NCBI GenBank assembly: GCA_041660605.1
Contig: JBAZWB010000001.1
Location: 558,503-622,502 of the forward strand
Reading direction: 5' to 3'
DNA from: Patescibacteria group bacterium
Lineage (GTDB): Bacteria; Patescibacteriota; Patescibacteriia; UBA10025; JAHIVO01
Length of the DNA stretch: 64,000 nucleotides
Shown: positions 54,998-64,000 of the stretch, piece after piece
How the letters are laid out: every line of letters starts with the position of its first letter
Numbering within the stretch: the stretch's first letter is position 1
Notes under the pieces: generated by a model
What the model saw: only the letters and a program-made list of their open reading frames with translations
What the model was told of the DNA's origin: nothing
The model's database searches: none
Translations under genes and position numbers: made by a program

Positions 54998-56234
54998 TGT
55001 ATGTTTCTTTAATTATTTTAACTAAATTTGAAAGGCTCACAAGCCTGCTTTTTTCAGACAGGCGATTTTTTATTTCGATCTGTTCGCCAGTTTTTTCGCT
55101 GATTATTCCTCGCAAACTGATACCAATGAGGTCCGCGTCATTTAATTTTACTCCAGGTGAAAGATCCCGATCGTCAAATAATAATTCAATATTTTCTTTT
55201 TCGCAGATAACGATAGTTTCATTAAGCAATTTTTGGTTTATTTTTTTCCCTAGATTTAGCAAGTGCAGATGAAAAGGGCTGACAGACGCAGGCCAGGCTA
55301 TTCCTTTTTTGTCATTATTTATTTCAACGATTGCGCCCATTAATCTTCCTAATCCTATCCCATAACAACCCATTATTATTGGTTTTTTTTGGCCATTCAT
55401 GTCCGTATAATTTAGCTCAAAGGCATCTGAAAATTTTGATTTTAGCGGAAATATATTGCCTACTTCGATAGCGCATTTTTTTACTAATTTTGTGCCATGG
55501 CATTTAGGACAGGTTTTTTGGCTATCAATTATCTCACTGTTAATAGCCACCTGGCATTTTTCGCATAAATAGATCGTATCTTCACCGGCGTCGGTAATAG
55601 TTTGAAATTCATGTGAATATTGGGAAAAGCTTCCCCCTGAAGCATAAGTCAGAAAAGTGTCATGGCCAATGCCAGCCAGCCTAAAAATATCCTGATAAGC
55701 CTGTTGCATTTTAGCGTAATAATTTTCGAAATCTTTTTCATCTAAATGAAATGAATACAGATCTTTCATCAAGAATTCTCTGCTTCTGAGTATTCCTGAT
55801 TTAGCTCTTAGCTCATTCCGAAATTTAGTTTGTATTTGATAAAGATATATCGGTAAATCTTTGCGTGACTGGATGTATTGTTTAACCAGCGGGACGATGA
55901 TTTCTTCATGACTCTGGCCTAATAAAATTTTTTTATCTTTTTCATTATTTAGATAATAAAGTACGTCAATATTTTCCCGTCCGGTTTTGAGATAATTTTC
56001 AACTGGATGTAAGGCAGGCATAAATAATTCCTGCCCGCCGTTCTCATTCATTTTATCTCTGATGATATTTTCAATTTTTTTTATCACTTTAAGGCCTAAA
56101 GGCAAATAGGTATATACACCAGACATCAATTTATTGACATATCCGGCCTGCACTAACAATTGCGAGTTTCTTGAAATCTCATTCTTTGGAGCGGTTTTTT
56201 GAGTTCTAAAAATGTAATTAGTCAGTCTAATCAT
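54984..56234 (-). CDS. proS: Prolyl-tRNA synthetase, short form lacking the INS editing domain, with C-terminal Cys4 zinc-ribbon insertion
   Basis: 416 aa. LLVQAGYVNKLMSGVYTYLPLGLKVIKKIENIIRDKM. CEKC...CPKC near the C-terminus. Confidence 0.85.
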   Translation of the reverse strand: MIRLTNYIFRTQKTAPKNEISRNSQLLVQAGYVNKLMSGVYTYLPLGLKVIKKIENIIRDKMNENGGQELFMPALHPVENYLKTGRENIDVLYYLNNEKDKKILLGQSHEEIIVPLVKQYIQSRKDLPIYLYQIQTKFRNELRAKSGILRSREFLMKDLYSFHLDEKDFENYYAKMQQAYQDIFRLAGIGHDTFLTYASGGSFSQYSHEFQTITDAGEDTIYLCEKCQVAINSEIIDSQKTCPKCHGTKLVKKCAIEVGNIFPLKSKFSDAFELNYTDMNGQKKPIIMGCYGIGLGRLMGAIVEINNDKKGIAWPASVSPFHLHLLNLGKKINQKLLNETIVICEKENIELLFDDRDLSPGVKLNDADLIGISLRGIISEKTGEQIEIKNRLSEKSRLVSLSNLVKIIKETYSVTF

Positions 56235-56238
56235 CTTA

Positions 56239-57405
56239 TTAAAATAAATTACTAAAGAAGCTGGAAATATTACTGCTGAATCTTGTGAGATCTTTGAAGG
56301 TAATAAAAAGCACTAGGCCCATCAAGAGCATAAAACCGACGCTGTGAATAGTAGCTTCAATCCTTTGATTTACCGGACGTCCTCTGAATTTTTCAATAAC
56401 TAAAAATAGTACCCTGCCTCCATCCAGTGCCGGAAAAGGGATATAGTTCAAAATCGCCAGATTAATCGACAAGATTGCTGTAAATTGCAGCAAATATATA
56501 AAACCGAGTTTTGCGACTTTTCCGGTTAAAATTGCGATACCTACGGGACCAGCAACATCTGCACTTAATTGCTGCTGAACAATAAGGTTTTTAAACAATT
56601 CATAAAAAGCAACGACAATTTGCCAGGTTATTGAAAGTGTAGTCTTTACGCCCATCCAAATGGCGTAATACCATGGGTAACTGACTAAGCCTGTTTCAAC
56701 TAGCCAGGTGCCGATTTTTCCTTTTCCATTATTATCGAGATCAATTGGCGTTATCGTTTTTTGTAAAATTTCATTTCCGCGTTTTACTTCTATGCTAATT
56801 TCTTTATTCAGCGCCGGCTGAGTGGAATTTTGAAAATTTTGAATATTAGTAACCGGTAGGCCATTTATTTTTTCTATAATGTCCCCTACCTGGAGATCCG
56901 AATTTTTAGCTGGACTGTTTTCCTGTATTTGAGCAATTTGAATATTATGATTTTTAATTTTTGCCAATGGTGATGCGTTATTATCAATGGCCGTAGGCAA
57001 GCCTATAAAAAAACCGATAGTAAGTAAGATCATGGCGAAAATAATATTCATAGCCACACCGGCGGACAGTACGGTCGCTCGTTTCCATATTTTTTTTGTG
57101 GCAAAACTATCTTTATCAGTCAAATTTTCGCCCTGTTCACCTTTTATTTTTACAAATCCTCCAAAAGGGATCCAGTTAATTGAATATATGATATTTTTAT
57201 TTTCTTTATCCTTGATTTTTCCAAAAATAATATTAAATTTTTTGGAATTTGTGCGCCGTTGTAAGCCGATCATTCTCGGCGGATAGCCAAAACCGAATTC
57301 CTCCACACCAATTCCCATTTTTCTGGCAGTTACAAAATGGCCTAATTCGTGTACAAAAATTACTAAACTAAGTACAACTAATAATATTATTATAGTTACT
57401 ATCAT
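56239..57405 (-). CDS. rseP: RIP zinc metalloprotease RseP (site-2 protease, M50 + PDZ)
   Basis: HELGHF HExxH in TM1. PDZ segment. Start moved to the internal Met to avoid overlap with frr. Confidence 0.8.
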   Translation of the reverse strand: MIVTIIILLVVLSLVIFVHELGHFVTARKMGIGVEEFGFGYPPRMIGLQRRTNSKKFNIIFGKIKDKENKNIIYSINWIPFGGFVKIKGEQGENLTDKDSFATKKIWKRATVLSAGVAMNIIFAMILLTIGFFIGLPTAIDNNASPLAKIKNHNIQIAQIQENSPAKNSDLQVGDIIEKINGLPVTNIQNFQNSTQPALNKEISIEVKRGNEILQKTITPIDLDNNGKGKIGTWLVETGLVSYPWYYAIWMGVKTTLSITWQIVVAFYELFKNLIVQQQLSADVAGPVGIAILTGKVAKLGFIYLLQFTAILSINLAILNYIPFPALDGGRVLFLVIEKFRGRPVNQRIEATIHSVGFMLLMGLVLFITFKDLTRFSSNISSFFSNLF

Positions 57406-57406
57406 T

Positions 57407-57958
57407 TTATATTGACATAATTTCTTTTTCTTTCTCTTCCCCAATTGCCGTAATTGAACTATTGTATTTATCGACTATGTTCTGCAATTCCTTTTGTTCT
57501 TTGAACATTTGATCTTCTGATATTTTAGCGTTATTTTTCTGTTCTTTCAGAATTTTCCAGATTTCTTCTCTTGAATTTCTTATGCTTACTTTAGTTTCTT
57601 CAATTTTATGTTTTACCACTTTTGTCAATTCCCTTCTCCTCTCTTCCGTCAAAGACGGTATTGGCAGACGCAGTGAATCGCCGTCATTTACCGGGTTTAA
57701 GCCCAATGGTGAAGATTGTATGGCTTTTTCAATGTCTTTTAGCGCATTTTTATCCCAGGGCTGGATAACTAAAAGTTTTGCGTCGGGGACGTTTATACTG
57801 GCAATTTGCTTAAGCGGGGTTTTGGTACCGTAATAATCAACCATTATATCTTCAACCAAGGAAGGATTTGCCCGGCCGGTTCTGATATTGGAAAGCTCTT
57901 TCTTCAAATGATCAATTGTTTTTTCAAATTGTCCTTGTTTTTCATTAAAAATTGTCAT
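57407..57958 (-). CDS. frr: Ribosome recycling factor
   Basis: 183 aa. NIRTGRANPSLVEDIMVDYYG. Confidence 0.9.
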   Translation of the reverse strand: MTIFNEKQGQFEKTIDHLKKELSNIRTGRANPSLVEDIMVDYYGTKTPLKQIASINVPDAKLLVIQPWDKNALKDIEKAIQSSPLGLNPVNDGDSLRLPIPSLTEERRRELTKVVKHKIEETKVSIRNSREEIWKILKEQKNNAKISEDQMFKEQKELQNIVDKYNSSITAIGEEKEKEIMSI

Positions 57959-57959
57959 A

Positions 57960-59006
57960 TTATTTGGTTTGTGGTTTTTTAGTTCCTAAATAAATTATAT
58001 TAGCGTCAGATGGATTTGAAATCATATAATTAATTACTCGGCTGGTCGGAACGGTTTTTAATGTCTCCCAAAATTTTCCGCCGTCTATGGTTTTATACAG
58101 AATATTGTCAACTGAAAATATGACTTCATTAAGATTATTTTTATTATAAACAATTGGCACCATCGGAACTCTTTTAAAATTGAATAAGGTCGGTATTTCT
58201 TCCCAGGCATTGCCACCGTCGGTGCATTTATAAATGCCCATATTAGTCCCGATGAAAAAATATTCGGTATTTGGATCAAAATTTATGAATAAGATTCTTA
58301 AATCCTTTTTTAATTTGAATAACCCTTTGCTTATATCAGTCCAGTCATTTCCGGCATTAGTGCTTTTACTAAGTCCTTTATTGGTCCAGGCATATAAAGT
58401 ATTCGAATTTATATTACTTAAATAAAGATTTAAAATTTGCGGCTTTTTCCAGTTTAAAAGTTCCCAGGTATTTCCGTAATCAGTACTTTTAATAATTCCC
58501 GTTGTGGTGGCTGCATATACAATGCTGGCGTCAAACGGATCGGCAATTAAACTAACTAAATTTTGACTGGGCCTTTTTTCATAATACGTATCAAACCAGG
58601 TTTTCATACCATCAACGGTCTTGGAAATTTTTGAACCCTGGGTGACGTAAATTACATTATTATTAAGATTATTTATCGCTATGCTTTTGTAAGTTCCTGA
58701 TGTTAAAGTGGTTTTTTGCCAGTTTTCTCCACCGTCAGCAGACTTATAAACGCCTTGGCCGCTGGAATTAAGATAAATCGTGTCTTTATCATTTGAATCA
58801 AATTTCATGAATCGTATTTCAAGATTACCAATATTTCCAGTTTTTTCACCATTATTTAATATTGAATTCTTCGTACTCCAGCTTTTCCCGAAGTCATTTG
58901 ATTTGAAGACGCCGCCGTCAATTTTAACTGGCTTGCTGGTTTGTAATACGCACCCGGATATGAAAGCCAATGATAAGATTAAAACAACGGTAGATATTTT
59001 TTTCAT
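57960..59006 (-). CDS. Lipoprotein with BNR/sortilin-like repeat beta-propeller
   Basis: Lipobox FISGC. Seven repeats of the form K-[ST]-x-D-x-G-x-x-W (KSNDFGKSW, KSADGGENW, KSTDYGNTW, and others). Confidence 0.6.
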   Translation of the reverse strand: MKKISTVVLILSLAFISGCVLQTSKPVKIDGGVFKSNDFGKSWSTKNSILNNGEKTGNIGNLEIRFMKFDSNDKDTIYLNSSGQGVYKSADGGENWQKTTLTSGTYKSIAINNLNNNVIYVTQGSKISKTVDGMKTWFDTYYEKRPSQNLVSLIADPFDASIVYAATTTGIIKSTDYGNTWELLNWKKPQILNLYLSNINSNTLYAWTNKGLSKSTNAGNDWTDISKGLFKLKKDLRILFINFDPNTEYFFIGTNMGIYKCTDGGNAWEEIPTLFNFKRVPMVPIVYNKNNLNEVIFSVDNILYKTIDGGKFWETLKTVPTSRVINYMISNPSDANIIYLGTKKPQTK

Positions 59007-59011
59007 AAAAT

Positions 59012-60019
59012 TTAAATTTTCAGTATTAAATTTTCCATTACAAGATTTGGATTTGATGATTTACTAATTAGTATTTTAGAAAAATTTATTTCTTTAATAA
59101 TATTGACTATTTTTTCAAAATTTATTTTTTTTGAAATACTTAATATTTTCTGTTTGTAAAAAATATTAGTTAACTCATTATTTTTATAATAGCATAGCAA
59201 GAAATCCCGATAAATTGAAAGCCAAATATCTAATAATTCCTTATATAACGAAACATCTTTTTTGATCTTAAAGATACCGATTATCCCGTTTAAAATGGAA
59301 AATTTATCATTAATATTGGAATTTATAATTTCAAACAAAAGGTCCAAGCTATCCTTTTTTTCATTAATTATTGCGTCTGTACTTAAAATTATTTTTGCCA
59401 GACCGGGACGCCCCATGCATAAATGGGCAATATCATTGGCTTTATTCTTATCATTACCTTGCATGATCAGCCAATTTTCAATATTTATCGTTGAAACAAG
59501 ATTAAATTTAATACTTTGGCATCTGGAAATAATCGTTTTAGGCAGTAAATGCAGATTATTCGCAATTAAAATGATAATAGTATTGGACGAAGGCTCCTCA
59601 AGAGTTTTCAAAAGCGCATTGGCAGCTTCTTCTGACATTAATTCAGCATGGTCGATTATAGCCACCTTATAGTTAGTTAAAAATGATCTTAGGGAAAGCT
59701 TTCTCTGCAATTCGCGAATTTGCTCAATCGTAATTTTCTGCTTATCGCTTTCTTTTTTAACAATGGAAATATCAGCATGAATGTTTTTCTCGATTTGCTC
59801 GCAAGCCGGGCAAGAAAGGCACGGTTTTTTATTTTTACTTGCCTGGCATAATAAGGAAGTTGCGGCATACTTAGCCATAGTAAACTTGCCGAGATGATCA
59901 GGCCCATGGAATAGATAGGCGTGGGACATATTCTGCAATGTCAGTGATAGCTGCAGGTAATTCTTTATTTGGCTATTCCCCAGCAATGGCCAATGATAGT
60001 AGTTTTTTTGATTATCCAT
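59012..60019 (-). CDS. holB: DNA polymerase III delta' subunit (clamp-loader AAA+)
   Basis: 335 aa. HAYLFHGPDHLGK Walker-A-like. CLSCPAC zinc module. SRC-like sensor region. Confidence 0.75.
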   Translation of the reverse strand: MDNQKNYYHWPLLGNSQIKNYLQLSLTLQNMSHAYLFHGPDHLGKFTMAKYAATSLLCQASKNKKPCLSCPACEQIEKNIHADISIVKKESDKQKITIEQIRELQRKLSLRSFLTNYKVAIIDHAELMSEEAANALLKTLEEPSSNTIIILIANNLHLLPKTIISRCQSIKFNLVSTINIENWLIMQGNDKNKANDIAHLCMGRPGLAKIILSTDAIINEKKDSLDLLFEIINSNINDKFSILNGIIGIFKIKKDVSLYKELLDIWLSIYRDFLLCYYKNNELTNIFYKQKILSISKKINFEKIVNIIKEINFSKILISKSSNPNLVMENLILKI

Positions 60020-60133
60020 AAGCTAATAAAAAATTCTCCTGCTTAAATCAGTATAATATAAAATAACATAAACAGGTATATTTTGCAAGTATGCAAAAAA
60101 CAGACATTCTAGAAGATAGATACCAATGCTGTA

Positions 60134-61321
60134 TTACGCAAAGAGGGTTTTTATTTGTTTTGCGCTAGTTTCCCAGGAATATTTAATTATATTTTTAAGA
60201 CCATTCTGAATCATTAATGATCTTAGTTTCTTGTCATTTATGAGGGTATCGATTGATTGCGCTAAATTCTCTAAATTATCAGGGTTTATTAGCAAGGCGG
60301 CATTTCCGCTTACTTCCTTCATTGCCCCAAAATTTGATGTAATAACAGGTATTTGACAGGCCATAGCTTCGATAATAGGTATGCCAAAGCCTTCATACCT
60401 TGAAGGAAAAACAAATAAATCTGCAGCATTCATGATGTAAGGCAAATCATTCTCTCCAACCCATCCGGGCATGATGATTTTTTCATTTAAATTTAAATTA
60501 TCAATCAATTTTTTTATTTCACTGAATCCATTACCTGGGTTACCGATCAAAATAAGTTTATGGCTGTTTTTTATTTTTTTAATAAAAATTGAAAACGCTT
60601 TTATTAATTCAATTGTTCCTTTTTTATACTCAAGTCTTCCAATATTAAGTAAAAAGGGTGTTGTAATTTGATACTTCTTTAAAACTGATTTAATTTTCTC
60701 AAGATTGTCAATTTTTTTATAATCTTGATTGAAGCCATTATAAATCACCTTGATTTTGTCCGGATTAACATGAAATTTATCAATTATTTGAATTTTGGAA
60801 AAATTTGATACTGTGACTATAGTTTTTGCTTTTAAAGCTAATCTGGTTGACCAGCGATGATAATCCAATTCATTATTACTATACCTTCCTAAGGTAAATA
60901 CTTTAACCAAGATATAAATAATTCTTTTGATCAGGCTATTGTCTGGGCCTATTAATTTTTGGGAATAAAATTCTGGATTATTTTCAAAACCAACGTCGTG
61001 CAAAGTGGCAATCGTATTGCTGGGATGAATGATGGGAATCGTATGCGCTGAAACGTAAAGAACATCAACTTCATGGAAAAGCATCTCCCAACTTAATCGC
61101 AGTTGCGTCCATAAGTATTTAGGATTCCATTTCAGCACTTTATTTTTAAAATTAACAGGAAGAACGGATAAATCGCCAATCAGCGGTTCTTTTGAATATA
61201 AAATATACTGATCATGCGGATCAGCAATCTTTTTTAATTCCTGGATAATATGGTAAGAAACCCACTCAGTTCCAGTTTTTTTTTGAATATTGGCTCTGGA
61301 AGCATCAATCCCGATAAGCAT
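60134..61321 (-). CDS. GT4 family glycosyltransferase
   Basis: 395 aa. EGFGIPIIEAMACQIPVITSNFGAMKEV (E-x7-E motif). Confidence 0.8.
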   Translation of the reverse strand: MLIGIDASRANIQKKTGTEWVSYHIIQELKKIADPHDQYILYSKEPLIGDLSVLPVNFKNKVLKWNPKYLWTQLRLSWEMLFHEVDVLYVSAHTIPIIHPSNTIATLHDVGFENNPEFYSQKLIGPDNSLIKRIIYILVKVFTLGRYSNNELDYHRWSTRLALKAKTIVTVSNFSKIQIIDKFHVNPDKIKVIYNGFNQDYKKIDNLEKIKSVLKKYQITTPFLLNIGRLEYKKGTIELIKAFSIFIKKIKNSHKLILIGNPGNGFSEIKKLIDNLNLNEKIIMPGWVGENDLPYIMNAADLFVFPSRYEGFGIPIIEAMACQIPVITSNFGAMKEVSGNAALLINPDNLENLAQSIDTLINDKKLRSLMIQNGLKNIIKYSWETSAKQIKTLFA

Positions 61322-62329
61322 TTATTTGGTCGATAAGATACTTTTTTTATATGATTCTAAATTTTCCAGAGCGACACCAGTTCCCTTGGCTACACATAAA
61401 TGAGCGTCATCAGCCAGAAAAGCCGGAATACCAGTAGCTTGCGATAATAATTTGTCCATGTTCTTAAGCAATGACGTACCACCGGATAAGACCATTCCTT
61501 TGTCCATTATATCAGCGGATAATTCCGGAGGAGTTTCCTGCAAAACGGATTTTACAGCCTGGATAATGCCGGCTAATTCATCCTGAATAGCTTCTGTCAC
61601 GTCATCGCTTTCTACGGTTACTATTTTTGGCAAACCCTGCACGGAATCACGCCCTCTGATTTCTGTAAATAATTTTTCTTCCAACGGCAAGGCCGAGCCA
61701 ACGCTTATTTTTAAATCTTCCGCAGTCCTTTCGCCAATATTTAAATTATATTTTTTTCTGATAAATTCTTGTATGGCCGCGTCTAGTTTATTCCCCCCAA
61801 TTCTTACCGATGCGTTTGCCACGATGCCACCAAGCGATATTATCGCCACTTCCGAGGTGCCACCGCCCATATCTACTATCATATGGCCTGAAGCCGAACC
61901 AATGGGTATATTTGCGCCGATAGCGGCGGCAATAGGCTCTTTTATTATATAAGCCGCTTTAGCGCCTGCCTGAAGGGTCGCTTCAATGACTGCGCGCCTC
62001 TCGGTCGAGGTAATGCCAGCCGGCACTGCAATCATAACCTCCGGCCGGAAAAAGCGTACGCCCCCTAGCGCCTTATTGATAAAATATTTAATCATAGCCT
62101 GGGTAGTTTTGTAATCTGCGATCACGCCGTCTTTCAGCGGTCTTGAAGCAACTATAGTATCGGGAGTGCGGCCTAACATTTCCTTGGCTTCATTACCTAC
62201 GGCCATGACTTTTTTGTCAATCAAAGAGATAGCCACTACCGAAGGCTCATTAATTACAATGCCTCGCCCAGGTATATAAACTAAGGAGTATGTTGTGCCT
62301 AGATCTATTCCAAGTTTTCTGGAAAACAT
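61322..62329 (-). CDS. MreB-like actin homologue (second paralog)
   Basis: LGIDLGTTYSLVYIPGRGIVINEPSVVA. About 50 percent identity by eye to the mreB at 53936-54997. Confidence 0.8.
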   Translation of the reverse strand: MFSRKLGIDLGTTYSLVYIPGRGIVINEPSVVAISLIDKKVMAVGNEAKEMLGRTPDTIVASRPLKDGVIADYKTTQAMIKYFINKALGGVRFFRPEVMIAVPAGITSTERRAVIEATLQAGAKAAYIIKEPIAAAIGANIPIGSASGHMIVDMGGGTSEVAIISLGGIVANASVRIGGNKLDAAIQEFIRKKYNLNIGERTAEDLKISVGSALPLEEKLFTEIRGRDSVQGLPKIVTVESDDVTEAIQDELAGIIQAVKSVLQETPPELSADIMDKGMVLSGGTSLLKNMDKLLSQATGIPAFLADDAHLCVAKGTGVALENLESYKKSILSTK

Positions 62330-62332
62330 ATG

Positions 62333-63814
62333 CTATTCTGTAATTATATTTAAATCTTTTGAAAGTTTTGTGTTAATCAATATATCATTACCCGGTCTTT
62401 CGTCAATACCCTCAACGCCAGATACTTTTGAAATTTTTCTATCCAGTTTAAAGTTGATGGTCGTGGCGTAATCTGAAGTGCCAGGCTGTTTCTGTACCAT
62501 TAAAGAATAACTGCCATTTTTTAATTGGTTTCTTACGCTTTCTGGCAATGAATATCTGAAATGCAGTGATTTTTGCTCTCCTGGCTCGATACAGATAAAT
62601 GTGCCAAAAACTGTTTTATTTAATTCTTCCAATGTTTCAACGCTCCCCTTGTCGTTTAACTTGCAGTCAACCATTTGACCTTCACTCATAATAAGTTTGG
62701 CACCCAGTGGCACGTAAATTCTTGTATAAGTGCGATAGCGGGTAGTTTTCCAGGTGATTGAACCGGTATTATTATAATTGATAGTTAAATCCGCAATCAG
62801 ATTATTACTATCTTTTTGGACTGAGTAAGAAATACTTCTTTCAATCGTTGAATCTGTTTTTAAACTGGCGAGATTTGCGTCAATTACGGAAAAATAGTCT
62901 CCAGTGGTTTCATAAATTTTTCCTCCCCAATTTTCTTTATTTACATAATTTTCAATATAGCTATCCTTGATATAAACCAAGAGTTGCTTTTCATCAATAT
63001 TTTTTGAAATTACCGTCCATAAGTCGGGCCACTTGCTTTTTGGCAGATCCAAGACTTTTTCCAGAATTTTTGAAGATAAAGTTCCGATAATTTCTTTTCT
63101 TTCTGACTCAGCCAGTCCCTGTCGCAGAAAACCCTGTTCAACTTGATATTGCAATGTTTCAACTAAATTTGATGAATTAAAAGAAAGGCCATTAACCTTG
63201 ATATCACCAGTTAAAGTCAGCAAAGACTGGATAAATGATGGAGTTACGGCAATGATACCGTCAATATTGTTCTCGGGGCCTTTCTCCTGATGATAGAACC
63301 ACTCCGCCTTCTGCGCAGTTGTAGGAAAATCAGGTGACCAATTGGAATCTCTGAAATACCACTGATGGATAGCATTGTAGCGCGTCAGAGGCCAGGGTGG
63401 TTCTACGTTAAGCCAGGCTTCAGCAGGCTTATCCAGATTATAGGAATTATCGGTATTGAATTCTTTAATATCGCCGTCTTTAACCTTTAAAATTCCATAA
63501 GTACCAATAAAACCGCCAGTCGGACGCAGTTCAGTATTATTCTGCAGCAAGAATAAATATGTTTTTTGATCAGGATAGCCAGCGATGGAGGGGATTATTT
63601 GGCTGGCAGAAATACCTTCATCAAGCGCTTTTTGTAATTCACCGGATTTTTCTTTTAATGGAGTGATGATATTTTCTATTTTATTTATCAATCCTTTCTC
63701 CGGAATAGCGTCAATTTTTTCAACCGCAATGTCAATTGATTTTTTTGCGTCTTCCAGTTTTGGTTTTGCTTCATAAATATTCTGCATTAATTGATGAGTC
63801 TCCTCATCACTCAA
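62333..63814 (-). CDS. DUF4012 domain protein (possibly N-terminally longer, toward or past the window end)
   Basis: ELRPTGGFIGTYG motif characteristic of DUF4012. 493 aa from the first Met. Confidence 0.55.
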   Translation of the reverse strand: MSDEETHQLMQNIYEAKPKLEDAKKSIDIAVEKIDAIPEKGLINKIENIITPLKEKSGELQKALDEGISASQIIPSIAGYPDQKTYLFLLQNNTELRPTGGFIGTYGILKVKDGDIKEFNTDNSYNLDKPAEAWLNVEPPWPLTRYNAIHQWYFRDSNWSPDFPTTAQKAEWFYHQEKGPENNIDGIIAVTPSFIQSLLTLTGDIKVNGLSFNSSNLVETLQYQVEQGFLRQGLAESERKEIIGTLSSKILEKVLDLPKSKWPDLWTVISKNIDEKQLLVYIKDSYIENYVNKENWGGKIYETTGDYFSVIDANLASLKTDSTIERSISYSVQKDSNNLIADLTINYNNTGSITWKTTRYRTYTRIYVPLGAKLIMSEGQMVDCKLNDKGSVETLEELNKTVFGTFICIEPGEQKSLHFRYSLPESVRNQLKNGSYSLMVQKQPGTSDYATTINFKLDRKISKVSGVEGIDERPGNDILINTKLSKDLNIITE

Positions 63815-64000
63815 GCTATTTAAACTGATATCGTCATTTTTTTGCAGAGGAGTAATAATGTCGATGGCTAAATCATTTACGGTGGCAATTGCATTTCCGG
63901 CATTTAATCCTGTTTGTAGTAAATTGTCTAAAGCGGAAACCTGAGTGCCTAAAAATGGAATATATTTAATCCAGCGTAATTTATTAAAATCATTGCTGGC

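Noticed and set aside
1-64000. CRISPR arrays, rRNA and tRNA genes
   Set aside because: No evenly spaced short direct repeats, no rRNA-like conserved stretches, and no tRNA cloverleaf-like sequences in any intergenic region examined.

Overview
This is a 64 kb window of a low-GC (about one-third GC by eye) bacterial chromosome. Gene content suggests a reduced genome of the Patescibacteria/CPR type (inference). Supporting signs are a short ProRS without an editing domain, two MreB paralogs, DUF4012/DUF2207/DUF4342/DUF2723 proteins, and several leaderless-looking starts. Coding density is high. Most of the window is housekeeping: priA, the mreBCD-PBP2 operon, alr-ddl-ftsQ, gltX/serS/lysS/proS, greA, frr, rseP, holB and hup. 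I found no rRNA, tRNA, tmRNA, RNase P or CRISPR array. Accessory or unusual patches are listed below.
(1) 1.9-6.5 kb: an expanded AmmeMemoRadiSam locus (AMMECR1 + MEMO/LigB-like + radical SAM), interrupted by a membrane protein and a secreted four-repeat protein.
(2) 8.5-9.2 kb: a promoter-driven, about 250-nt structured untranslated region ahead of a TTG-start zinc-ribbon ORF.
(3) 11.39-11.56 kb: a 58-aa AbrB/MazE-fold gene, absent from the ORF track, with its own consensus promoter, abutting rlmH.
(4) 14.84-16.94 kb: a strongly GC-rich (foreign-looking) cassette encoding a small protein plus a UmuC-like Y-family polymerase. A perfect 13-bp-arm palindrome overlaps its promoter -35, GC-rich direct repeats flank it, and a promoter-plus-terminator sRNA candidate lies just downstream.
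(5) 26.6-28.3 kb: a receiver-domain / TM / transglutaminase-like / coiled-coil fusion protein.
(6) 28.3-34.6 kb: a patch of small membrane proteins, an attenuator-like leader, and Cys-rich peptides.
(7) 34.6-40.3 kb: an integrase-adjacent cluster of nucleotide-acting enzymes (NUDIX, YfbR-like HD, SAM methyltransferase, IMPase-like). Two of its transcription units are preceded by near-identical tandem CGAACGTTCG palindromic elements, making it a candidate co-regulated and possibly mobile module.
All protein calls rest on motifs visible in the translations. I ran no database searches.
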